From the human T2T-CHM13v2.0 reference genome, Homo sapiens, in NCBI RefSeq assembly GCF_009914755.1, contig NC_060944.1: a stretch of 64,000 nucleotides of DNA, one strand, 5' to 3'. Both the position numbers and the translations under genes were made by a program. Within the stretch, counting starts at the first letter, position 1; every line of letters starts with the position of its first letter. Positions 30,630 to 44,089 of the stretch are shown here, piece by piece. The notes beneath the pieces were generated by a model. It searched no databases. It was not told the origin of the DNA and was given only the letters and a program-made list of their open reading frames with translations.

Positions 30630-33600
30630 ATCAACACGAATAGAATGAAATGGAAAGGAGTGGAATGGACAGGAAAGGAATGGAAAGGATCTAAATGTAA
30701 TGGAATCGAATGGAGTGGAATTGAATGGAATGGAATGGAATCAATGTGAGTGAAATGGAATGGAATGGAACGGAATGGAGGGGAATGGAATGGAATGGAA
30801 TGGAATGAAATGGAATCAATGCGAGTGCAATGGAATGGAATGGAATGGAATGGAATGGAATGCAGTAAATAAAATGGAATTTATTTGAATGGAATGGAAT
30901 CAACTGGAATAGAATGGAATGGAATGGAATGGAATGGAAAGGAATGGAATGGAATGGAATGCCATGGAATGGAATGGAATGGAATTAACAAGACTGGAAA
31001 GGAATGGAATGGAATGGAATGGAATGGAGAGGAGGCAAACTGAGTGGAATGGAATGGACTGCAATGGAATGGAAAGGAATGGAATGGAATGGAATGGAAT
31101 GCAACGGAATGGAGTGGAATGGAATGGAATGGAATGGACTGGAATGGAATGGAATGGAATCAATGCAAGTGTAATGGAATGGAATGGAATGGAATAGAAT
31201 GGAGTGGAATTGATTGAAGTTGATATGAATGGAATGGAATCAACTGGAATGGAACAGAATGGAATGGAATGGAATGGAAGCAACTAGAATGGAAAGGAAT
31301 GGAATGGAATGCAATGGAATGGAATGGAATGGAATCAACAAAAGTGGAATGAAATGGAATGGAATACAACGGAATGGAATGGAATGGAATGGAATAAACC
31401 AGAGTGGAATGGAATGGAATGGAATGCAATGGATTCGTTTGGAATTTAATTAACCCGATTGGAATGGAGTGGAATGGATTGTAATGGAATGGAAAGAAGC
31501 CGATTGGAATGCAGTGGACTGCAAAGGAATGGAATTGAAAAAGATGGAATGGAATGGAATGGAATGGAATGCAATGGAATGGAATGGAATGAAATGGAAT
31601 CAACCCGAGTGGAATGGAATGGAATGGAATGGGAAAGAATGGAATGGAATACAATCAACCCGATTGGAATGGAATGGAGTGGAATGGAATGGAATGGATT
31701 GGAATGGAATGGAATCGAATGCAATGGAATGGAATAGCGTGGAATGAAATGGAATGCAATGGAAAGGAATCAAGCCAGGTGGAATTGAAAGGAATGGAAT
31801 GCAATTGAATGCAAAGGAATTGAATGGAATCAACCCGAGTGGAATGTAATGGCATGGAATGGAGTGGAATGGAATGGAAAGGAATGGAATGGATTCAACG
31901 CAATTGGAAAGGAATGGAATGGAATGGAATGGAATCAACCCGAGTGGAATGGAGTGCAACGGAATGGAATGAAATGGAATGGAATGGAATGGAATGGAAT
32001 CAACGTGATTGTAAAGGAATAAAATGAAATGGAATGAAATGGAATGCAATTGAATCAACTCGATTGGAAAGGAATGGTTGGAATGGAAATGAAAGGAATG
32101 GAATGGAATGAAATCAACCCCAAAGGAATGGAATGGAATGGAATGGAATTCAATGGCATGGAATGGAATAGAATGGAATCACCCCGAGTGGAATTGAATG
32201 GAATGGAATGGAATGGAAGGGAAGGGAATGGAATCAACCCGAGTGGAATGGAATGGAATGGAATGGAATGGAATGGAAAGGAATGGAATGGAATGGAACG
32301 GAATGGAATGGAATGGAATGGAATGGAATGCAATGCAATGGAATCAACCAGAGTGGAATTGAGTGTAATGGATCGAAATGGAATGGAATGGAATAGAATG
32401 GAATAAACCTGAGTAGAATGCAATGGTAGGGAATGGAATCGAATGGAATGGAATGGCATTGAATGGAATCAACACGAGTGGAATGGAATGGAATGGATTG
32501 GATTGGAAAGTTATGGAATCAACCCGAATGGAATGTAATGGAAAGGAATGGAATGGAATGCAGTGTAATTAACCCGAGTGGAATGGAATGGTATGGAGTG
32601 AAATGGAACGGAATGGAATGGTATGGAATGGAATGGAATGAAAAGGAAAGGAAAGCAATGGAATCAAAACGAGTGGAATGGAATGGAATGTAAAGAAATG
32701 AAGTGGAATTCAATAGAATCAACACGAGTGGAATGAAATGGAAAGGAATTTAACGGAATGGAATGGAATGGAATGGAATACAATCCAATGTAAAGGAATG
32801 GAATGGAACGGAATAGAATGGAATGGAATGGAATGCAATGGAATGGAATGGACTGGAATGGAAAAAATTCGAGTGGAATGGAATGGAATGCAAAGTAATA
32901 TAATGAAAATGAATGGAATCCACCCGAATGGAAAGGAAAGGAAAGGAATGGAATGGAATGGAATGGAATGGAATGGAATGGAATGGAATGGAATGGAATG
33001 GTATGGAGAGGAATGGAATTTAATGGAGTGGAGAGAAATGGAATGGAATTGATTTGAATGGAATGGAATCAACTGGAATGGAATGGAATGGAATGGAATG
33101 GAATGGAATCAACTAGAATGGAAAGGAATGGAATGGAATGGAATGCAGTGGAATGGAATGGAATGGAATCAACCCGTGTGGAATGTAATGCAAAGGAATG
33201 GAATGGAATGGAATGGAATGGAATCAACAAAAGTGTAATGGAAGGGAATGGAATCGAATGGAATGGAATGGAATGGAAAGCAATGGAGTCAACCCGAATG
33301 GAATCGAATGGAATGGAATGCAATGGAATGGAATGGTATAGAATGGAATGGGATGGAATGGAATCAAACCGAGTGGAGTGGAAGGGAATTGAATGAAATG
33401 GAATGGAATAAATTGGAATGGAAAGGAATGGAATGGAATGGAATGGGATGGAATGGAATGGAATGGAATCAACCAGAGTGGAATGGAATGGAATGGAATG
33501 GAATGGAATCGGATAGAATGGAATCAAACCGAGTGGAGTGGAATGGAATTAAATGTAATGGAATGGAATAAATTAGAATGGAAAGGAATGGAATGGAATG

Positions 33601-36600
33601 GAGTGGAATCAACCAGAGTGCAATGGAATTGAATGGAATGGAATGGAATGGAATCAACCCGAGTGGAATGGAATTGAATGGAATGGAATGGAATGGAATC
33701 AACCCGAGTGGAATGGAATTGAATGGAATGGAATGGAATTAACCCGAGTGAAATGGAATGGAAAGGAACGGAATGGAATTTAATGGAATGGAATGGAATG
33801 GAATCAACCTGAGTGGACTGGAATGAAATGGAGTGGAATGGAAAGCAATGGAATTGAATGGAATCAACCAGAGTTGAATGGAATTGAATGGAATGGAATG
33901 AAATGGAATCAACCCAAATGGAATGTAATGAAATGTAATTTAATGGAATTACCCCGAGTGAAATGGCATGGAAAGGAAAGGAATAAAATTTAATTGAATG
34001 GAATGGCATGCAATGGAATCAAACCCAGTGGAATGGAATGGCATGAAATGGAATGCAATGCAATGGAATGGAACCACTAAGAGTGGAATGGATTGGAATG
34101 GAATGGAATGGAATGAAAGGGAATGGAATCAACCCGAGAGGAATGGAATGGAATGGAATGCAATGGAATGGAATGGAATGCAATGGATTGGAATGGAATA
34201 CACCAGAGTGGAATGGAATAGAATGGAATGGAATGGAGTGGAATCAACCCCAGTGGAATGGAATTGAATGGAATGGAATGGAATGGAATGGAATGGAATG
34301 GAATGGAATGCAATGGAATGGATTGGAATCAAACCGAGTGTAACGGAATGGAATGGAATGGAAAGGAATGGAATGGAATGAAATCAACCCGAGTGGAATG
34401 GAATGGAATGGGATGGAATAGAATGAAATTGAGTGGATTGGAATCAATCTGAGTGGAATGGAATGGAATGGAATTGAAGAGAATGGAATGGAATGCAATG
34501 GAATGGAATGGAATGGAATGGAATGGAATGGAATGGAAAGGAATCAACCAGAGTGGAATTGACTGTAATGGACCGGAATGGAATGGAATGGAATGGAATG
34601 GAATGGAATGGAATGGGAAGGAATGGAATAGAATGGAATGGAAAGGAATGGATTGGAGTGGAATGGAATGGAATGGAATGGAATGGAATGGAATGGAATG
34701 GTATCAATGCAAGTGTAATTGAATGGAATGGAATGGAATAGAATGGAGCGGAATGGAATGGAATTGATTTGAATGCAATGGAATCACCTGGAATCGAATG
34801 GAATGGAATGGAATCAAATAGAATGGAAAGGAATGGAATGGAATGGACTGCAGTTGAATGGAATGGAATGGAATCAACCTGTGTGGAATGTAATGCAAAG
34901 GAATGGAATGGAACGGAATGGAATGGAATGGAATGGAATGGAATGGAATCAACAAAAGTGGAATGGAAGGGAATGGAATAGAATGGAATGGAATGAAATC
35001 AACCCGAGTGGAATGGAATGGAATGGGATGGAATAGAATGAAATTGAGTGGATTGGAATCAATCTGAGTGGAATGGAATGGAATGGAATTGAAGAGAATG
35101 GAATGGAATGCAATGGAATGGAATGGAATGGAATGAAATGGAATGGAAAGGAATCAACCAGAGTGGAATTGACTGTAATGGACCGGAATGGAATGGAATG
35201 GAATGGAATGGAATGGAATGGAATGGGAAGGAATGGAATAGAATGGAATGGAAAGGAATGGATTGGAGTGGAATGGAATGGAATGGAATGGAATGGAATG
35301 GAATGGTATCAATGCAAGTGTAATTGAATGGAATGGAATGGAGCGGAATGGAATGGAATTGATTTGAATGCAATGGAATCACCTGGAATCGAATGGAATG
35401 GAATGGAATCAAATAGAATGGAAAGGAATGGAATGGAATGGACTTCAGGTGAATGGAATGGAATGGAATCAACCTGTGTGGAATGTAATGCAAAGGAATG
35501 GAATGGAACGGAATGGAATGGAATGGAATGGAATGGAATGGAATGGAATCAACAAAAGTGGAATGGAAGGGAATGGAATAGAATGGAATGGAATGGAATG
35601 GAATTGAAAGCAAAGGAGTCAACCCGAATGGAATTGAATGGAATGGAATGCAATGGAATGGAATGGAATGCAGTGGAATGGAATGGAATGGAATGGAATG
35701 GAATGGAATGGAATAGAATGGAATGGAATGGAATGGAACGGAATGGAATGGGATGGGATGGAATGGAATGGAATCAACCAGAGTGGAATAGAATTGAATG
35801 GAACGGAATTGAATGGAATCAACCCGAGTGGAATGGAATGGAATGGAAAGGAATGGAATCAACCAGAGTGGAATGGAATTGAATGGAATGGAATGGAATG
35901 GAATCAACCCGAGTGGAATGGAATGGAATGGAAAGGAATGGAATGGAATGGAATTAACCCGAGTGAAATGGAATGGAAAAGAACGGAATGGAATTTAATG
36001 GAATGGAATGGAATGGAATCAACCTGAGTGGACTGGAATGAAATGGGGTGGAATGGAAAGCAATGGATTTCAATGGAATCTGCCAGAGTTGAATGGAATT
36101 GAACGGAATTGAATGGAATGGAATCAACCCAAATGGAATGTAATGGAATGGAATAGAATGGAATTCCCCCGAGTGAAATGGCATGGAAAGGAACGGAATA
36201 GAAATTAATGGAATGAAATGGAATGGAACGGAATCAACATGACTGGAATGGAATGGAATGAAATGGAATGCAATGCAATGGAATGCAACCAATAAGAGTG
36301 GAATGGATTGGAGTGGAATGGATTGGAATGAAAGGGAATGGAATCAACCCAAGTGGAATGGAATGGAATGGAATGGAATACACCAGAGTGGAATGGAATA
36401 GAATGGAATGGAATGGAGTGGAATCAACCACAGTGGAATGGATTGGAAAGGAATGGATTGGAATCAAACCGAGTGTAATGGAATGGAATGGAAAGGAATG
36501 GAATAGAATGAAATCAACCCGAATGAAATGGAATGGATTGGAATGGGATGGAATAGAATGGAATGGAGTGGATTGGAATCAATCTGAGTGGAATGGAAAG

Positions 36601-39600
36601 GAATGGAAAGGAATGGAATTGAAGGGAATGGAATGGAATGGAATGGAATGGAATGGAATGGAATGGAATGGAATGGAATGGAATAAACCCGAGTAGAATG
36701 CAATGGAAGGGAAAGGAATGCAATGTAATGGAATGGCATTGAATGGAATCAACACGAGTGCAATGGAATGGAATGGAATGGATTGGAGTGGAATGGAATC
36801 AACCCCAGTGGAACGTAATGTAAAGGAATGGAATGGAATGGAGTAGAATGAACCCGAGTAGAATGGAATGGTATGGAATGAAACGGAATGGAATGGAATG
36901 GTATGGAATGGAATGGAATGGTATTGAACGGAATGGAATGGAATTGAATAGAATCCAATCCAGTGTAAAGGAATGGAACGGAATGGAATGCAATGGAATG
37001 GAATGGATTGGAATGGAATCACCCCGTGTGTAATGGGAAGAATGGAATGGAATGGAAAGCAATGGCATGGAATGGAATGGAAAGGAATCGAATGGAATGG
37101 AATGGAATGGAATCAACCCGGGTGGAATGTAATGGAATGAAATGGAATGGAATGGAATGGAATGGAATGGAATGGAATGGAATGGAATGGAATAAAATGG
37201 ATTGGATTCAACCTGCGTGGAATGTAGTGCATTCGAATGCAACGGAATCAACACGATAGGAATTGAATGAAATGGAATGGAATTCAATGGAATGGAATGG
37301 AATGGAATGGAATGGAATGGAATCAACCCAAATGGAATGTAATGAAATGGAATTGAATGGAATTACCCCGAGTGAAATGGCATGGGAAGGAACGGAATAG
37401 AATTTAATGGAATGGAATGGCATGCAATGGAATCAACCCGAGTGCAATGGAATGGCATGAAATGGAATGCAATGCAATGGAATGGAACCAATAAGAGTGG
37501 AATGGATTGGAATGGAATGGAATGGAATGAAAAGGAATGGAATCAACCCGAGTGGAATGGAATGGAATGGAATGCAATGGAATGGAATACACCAGAGTGG
37601 AATGGAATAGAATGGAATGGAATGGAGTGGAATCAACCCCAGTGGAATGGAATGGAATGGAATGGAATGGAATGGAATGGAATGGGATGGAATGGGTTGG
37701 AATCAAACCGAGTGGAATGGAATGGAATGCATTGGAATGGAAAGGAATGGAATGGAATGAAATGGAATGCAATGGAATGGAATGGAATGGAATGGAATGG
37801 AATGGAATGGAATGGAATGGAATAGAATGGAATGGAGTGGATTGGAATCAATCTGAGTGGAATGGAAAGGAATGGAAAGGAATGGAATTGAAGAGAAATG
37901 AATGGAATGGAATGAAAAGGAATGGAATGGAATGGAATGGAATGGAATGCAATGGAATCAACCAGAGTGGAATTGAGTGTAATGCATCGAAATTGAATGG
38001 AATGGAATGGAATAAACCTGAGTAGAATGTAATGGAAAGGAATGGAATCGAATGGAATGCAATGGCATTGAATGGAATCAACACGAGTGGAATGGAATGG
38101 AATGGAGTCGATTGGAAAGTTATGGAATCAACCCGAATGGAATATAATGGAATGGAATGGAATGGAATGGAATGCAGTGGAATTAACCCGACTGGAATAG
38201 AATGGTATGGAGTGAAATGGAACGGAATGGAATGGTATGGAATGGAATGGAATGAAAAGGAAAGGAAAGCAATGGAATCAAAACGAGTGGAATGGAATGG
38301 AATGTAAAGAAATGGAGTGGAATTCAATAGAATCAACACCAGTGGAATGGAATGGAAAGGAATTGAACGGAATGGAATGGAATGGAATGGAATCCAATCC
38401 AATGTAAAGCAATGGAACGGAACGGAATAGAATGTAATGGAATGGAATGGAATGGAATGGAATGGAATGGAAAAAATTCGAGTGGAATGGAATGGAATGA
38501 AAACTAATATAATGGAAATGAATGGAATCCACCCGAATGGAAAGGAAAGGAATGGAATGGAATGGAATGGAATGGAATGGAATGGAATGGAGAGGAATGG
38601 AATGGAATGGAATGGAGAGGAATGGAATGGAATTGATTTGAATGCAATGGAATCAACTGGAATGAAATGGAATGGAATGGAATGGAATGGAATCAACTAG
38701 AATGGAAAGGAATGGAATGGAATGGAATGCAGTGGAATGGAATGGAATGGAATCAACCCGTGTGGAATGTAATGCAAAGGAATGGAATGGAATGGAATGG
38801 AATCAACAAAAGTGTAATGGAAGGGAATGCAATAGAATGGAATGGAATGGAATGGAAAGCAATGGAGTCAACCCGAATGGAATCGAATGGAATGGAATGC
38901 AATGGAATGGAATGGAATGGAATCAACGTGATTGTAAAGAAATGAAATGAAATGGAATGGAATGGAATGCAATTGAATCAACTCGATTGTAAAGGAATGG
39001 TTGGAATGGAAATGAAAGGAATGGAATGGAATGAAATCAACACAAATGGAATGGAATGGAATGGAATGGAATGGAATTTAATGGAATGGAAAGGAATGGA
39101 ATGGAATGGAATAACCCCGAGTAGAATTCAATGGAATGGAATGGAATGGAATGGAAAGGAAGGGAATGCAATGGAATGGATTCAAACCAAATGGAATTGA
39201 ATGGAGTGGATTGGAATGGAATGGAATTTAATGGAATAAACGGAAGTGGAATGGTATAGAATGCAATGGAATGGATTGGAATGGAATGGAATGGGAAGGA
39301 ATGCTATAAATTAGAATGGAAAGGAATGGAATGGAATGGAATGCAGTGGAATGGAATGGAATGGAATCAACCCCTGTGGAATGTAATGCAAAGGAATGGA
39401 AAGGACTGGAATGGAATAAACAAAAGTGGAATGGAAGGGAATGGAATAGAATGGAATGGAAGGAAATGGAATAGAATGGAATGGAATGGAATGGAAAGCA
39501 ATGGAGTCAACCCGAATGGAATGGAATGGAATGGAATGGCATGGAATGGAATGGAATGGAATGGAATGGGATGGAATGGAATCAAACCGAGTGGAGTGGA

Positions 39601-40030
39601 ATGGAATTGAATGAAATGGAATGGAATAAACTGCAAATGAAAGGAATGGAATGGAATGTAATGGAATTGAATGGAATGAAATGGAATCAACCTGAGTGGA
39701 ATGGAATGAAATGGAATGGAATGGAAAGCAATGGAATTGAATGGAATCAACCAGAGTTGAATGGAATTGAATGGAAGGGAATGGATTGGAATCAACCCAA
39801 ATGGAATAGAATGGAATGGAATTGAATGGAATTACCCCGAGTGAAATGGCATGGAAAGGAACGGAATATAATTTAATGGAATAGAATGGAATGGAATGGA
39901 ATCAACCCGAGTGGAATTGAATGGAATGAAATGGAATGCAATGTAATCGAATGGAACCAATAAGAGTGGAATGGATTGGAATGGAATGGAATGCAATGGA
40001 AGGGAATGGAATCAACCCGAGTGCAATGGA
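30630..40030 (+). repeat. Large duplication copy A (~9.4 kb), paralogous to ~44090-53240
   Basis: Collinear rare variants from CAACACGAATAGAATG (~30632/~44089) to AATGTAATCGAATGGAACCAATAAG (~39940/~53152). ORF pair offsets: 30919/44371, 32463/45955, 33598/47095, 35059/48156, 36749/49996, 37382/50594, 39266/52478, 39873/53085. Confidence 0.92.
34376..35595 (+). repeat. Tandem duplication, 2 x ~600-615 bp
   Basis: AAATCAACCCGAG...GAAATTGAGTGG at 34381/34996; GACTGTAATGGACCGG at 34561/35171; TCACCTGGAATCG at ~34784/~35379. Confidence 0.9.
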
Positions 40031-40069
40031 ATGGAATGGAAAGGAATAGAATGGAATGGAATGGAATGG

Positions 40070-43020
40070 AATGGAATGGAATGGAATAGAAAGGAATGGA
40101 ATGGAATGGATTGGAATGGGATGGAATGGAATCAAACCGAGTGGATTGGAATGCAATTGAATGTAATGGAATGGAATAAACTGCAATTGAAAGGAATGGA
40201 ATGGAATGGAATGGAAACAACCAGAGAGGAATGTAATTGAATGGAATGGAATGGAATGGAATCAACCCGAGTGGAATTGAATTGAATGGAATGGAATGGA
40301 ATGGAATCAACGCGAGTGGAATGGAATGGAATGAATTGAATGGAATTAACCCGCGTGAAATGGAATGGAAAGGAATGGAATGGAATTTAATGGAATTGAA
40401 TGGAATGGAATGGAATCAACCTGAGTGGAATGTAATGAAATGGAATGGAATGGAAAGCAATGGAATTGAATGGAATCAACCAGAGTTGAATGGAATTGAA
40501 TGGAATGGAATGGATTGGAATCAACCCAAATGGAATGGAATGGAATGGTATTGAATGGAATTACCCGAGTGAAATGACATGGAAAGGAACGGAATAGAAT
40601 TTAATTGAATAGAATGGAATGGAATGGAATCAACCCGAGTGGAATTGAATGGAATGAAGTGGAATGCAATGTAATGGAATGGAATGGAACCAATAAGAGT
40701 GGAATGGATTGGAATGAAATGGAATGGAATGAAAGGGAATGGAATCAACCCGAGTGGAATGGATGGAATGGAATGGAATGGAATGGAAAGGAAGGGAATG
40801 GATTCAATCGAAATGGAATGGAATGGAATGGATTGGAATGGAAAGGAATTGAATGGAATAAACTGAAGGGGAATGGTATAGAATGGAATGGAATGGATTG
40901 GAAGGGAATGGAATGGGAAGGAATGGAATCAACTAGAATGGAAGGGAATGGAATGGAATGGAATGGAATGGAATAAACAAAAGTGGAATGGAAGGGAATG
41001 GAATAGAATAGAATGGAATGGAATGGGAAGCATTGGAGTCAACCCGAATGAAATCGAATGGAATGGAATGCAATGGAATGGAAAGGAATGGAATGGAATG
41101 GAATGGAATGGAATGGAATGGAATAGAAAGGAATGGAATGGAATGGAATGGAATGGGATGGAATGGAATCAAACCGAGTGGATTGGAATGCAATTGAATG
41201 TAATGGAATGGAATAAACTGCAATTGAAAGGAATGGAATGGAATGTAATGGAAACAACCAGAGAGGAATGTAATTGAATGGAATGGAATGGAATGGAATC
41301 AACCCGAGTGGAATTGAATTGAATGGAATGGAATGGAATGGAATCAACGCGAGTGGAATGGAATGGAATGAATTCAATGGAATTAACCCGCGTGAAATGG
41401 AATGGAAAGGAATGGAATGGAATTTAATGGAATTGAATGGAATGGAATGGAATCAACCTGAGTGGAATGTAATGAAATGGAATGGAATGGAAAGCAATGG
41501 AATTGAATGGAATCAACCAGAGTTGAATGGAATTGAATGGAATGGAATGGATTGGAATCAACCCAAATGGAATGGAATGGAATGGCATTGAATGGAATTA
41601 CCCGAGTGAAATGGCATGGAAAGGAACGGAATAGAATTTAATTGAATAGAATGGAATGGAATGGAATCAACCCGAGTGGAATTGAATGGAATGAAATGGA
41701 ATGCAATGTAATGGAATGGAATGGAACCAATAAGAGTGGAATGGATTGGAATGAAATGGAATGGAATGAAAGGGAATGGAATCAACCCGAGTGGAATGGA
41801 TGGAATGGAATGGAATGGAATGGAAAGGAATGGAAAGGAATACACCAGATTGGAATGGAATAGAATGGAATGGAATGCAGCGGAATCAACCCAGGTGGAA
41901 TGGAATGGAATGGAATGGAATGGAATGGAATGGAATGGAATTGAAAGGAATGGAATCAATCCGACAGGAATGGAAAGGAATGGAATAGAATGAAATGGAA
42001 TGGAATGGCATGGAATGGAATGGAATCAATCCGAGTGGAATGGAATGGAATGGAATGGAATGGAATGGAATGGAATAGAAAGGAATGGAATGGAATGGAA
42101 TGGAATGGGATGGAATGGAATCAAACCGAGTGGATTGGAATGCAATTGAATGTAATGGAATGGAATAAACTGCAACTGAATGGAATGGAATGGAATGGAA
42201 TGGAAACAACCAGAGAGGAATGTAATTGAATGGAATGGAATGGAATGGAATCAACCCGAGTGGAATTGAATTGAATGGAATGGAATGGAATGGAATCAAC
42301 GCGAGTGGAATGGAATGGAATGAATTGAATGGAATTAACCCGCGTGAAATGGAATGGAAAGGAATGGAATGGAATTTAATGGAATTGAATGGAATGGAAT
42401 GGAATCAACCTGAGTGGAATGTAATGAAATGGAATGGAATGGAAAGCAATGGAATTGAATGGAATCAACCAGAGTTGAATGGAATTGAATGGAATGGAAT
42501 GGATTGGAATCAACCCAAATGGAATGGAATGGAATGGTATTGAATGGAATTACCCGAGTGAAATGGCATGGAAAGGAACGGAATAGAATTTAATTGAATA
42601 GAATGGAATGGAATGGAATCAACCCGAGTGGAATTGAATGGAATGAAATGGAATGCAATGTAATGGAATGGAGTGGAACCAATAAGAGTGGAATGGATTG
42701 GAATGAAATGGAATGGAATGAAAGGGAATGGAATCAACCCGAGTGGAATGGATGGAATTGAATGGAATGGAATGGAAAGGAATGGAAAGGAATACACCAG
42801 ATTGGAATGGAATAGAATGGAATGGAATGGAGTGGAATCAACCCCAGTGGAATGGAATGGAATGGAATGGAATGGAATGGAATGGAATGGAATTGAAAGG
42901 AATGGAATCAATCCGACAGGAATGGAAAGGAATGGAATAGAATGAAATGGAATGGAATGGCATGGAATGGAATGGAATCAATCCTAGTGGAATGGAATGG
43001 AATGGAATGGAATGGAATAG
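40070..43020 (+). repeat. ~1 kb unit in three copies (one partial, then 2 x 952 bp tandem)
   Basis: Near-identical 105 aa pseudo-ORFs at 40237, 41274 and 42226. GAATAGAAAGG at 40084/41121/42073. CAATCCGACAGG only in copies 2 and 3 (~41957/~42909). Confidence 0.9.
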
Positions 43021-44089
43021 AATGGATTTGAATGGAATGGAATCAACCCGAGTGGAATGGAAAAGAATGTAATGCAATGGAATGGAATGCATTGGAATGG
43101 AATGGACTGGAATGGAATCAACCCGAGTGGAATGGAATTGAATGGAATGGAATGGAATGCAAAGGATTGCAATCAAACCGAGTGGAACAGAGTAGAATGG
43201 AATGGAAGGGAATGGAATGGAATAAACTGGAGTGGAATGGATTGGAATGGAATGGAGTGGAGTGGAATGGAATGGAATGGAATGGAATGTATTGGAATGG
43301 AATGGAATTAAACCGATTGAAATGGGGTGGAATGGAATAGAATGGAATGGAATGGAAAGAAACGGATTGGAATGCAGTGGACTGGAAAGAAATGGAATTG
43401 AATGCAATGGAATGGAAAGGAATGGAAAGCAATGGAATGGAATGGAATGGAATGGAATAGAATGGAATGGAATGGAATGGAATCAATCCGAGTGGTATGC
43501 AATGGAGTGGAATGGATTGGAATGCAATGCAATCAACCCGAGTGTTATGCAAAGGAGTGGAATGGAGTGGAATGGGATGGAATGCAGTCAACACGCGTGG
43601 AAAGGAATGGATAGTAATGGAATGGAATGGAATGGAATGGAATCAAACCGAGTGGAATGGAATGGAATCAACCCGAATGGAATGAAATGGAATGGAATTG
43701 AGTGGAATCAACACGAGTGGAATGGAATGGAAAGGAATGGAATACAATGGAATGCAATGGCATGGAATGGAATGGAATGGAGTGCAACGGAATAGAATGG
43801 AATGGAATTGAATTGATTAGAATGCGATGGAAAGGAATGGAAAGGAACCACCTGAAATGCAAAGGAATAGAATGGAATGCAATGGAATGGAATGGAATGG
43901 AATGGAATCAACCCGAGTGGAACGGAATGCAAAGGAACGGAATGGAGTGGAATGGAATTGAATGGAAAGGAACTCAATGGAATGGAATGGAATAGAGTGG
44001 AATGGAATGGAATGGAATAGAATGGAATGGAAAGCAAGGGCATGGAATGGAATGGAGTCAACTGGAATGGAATGGAATGGAATGGAATC

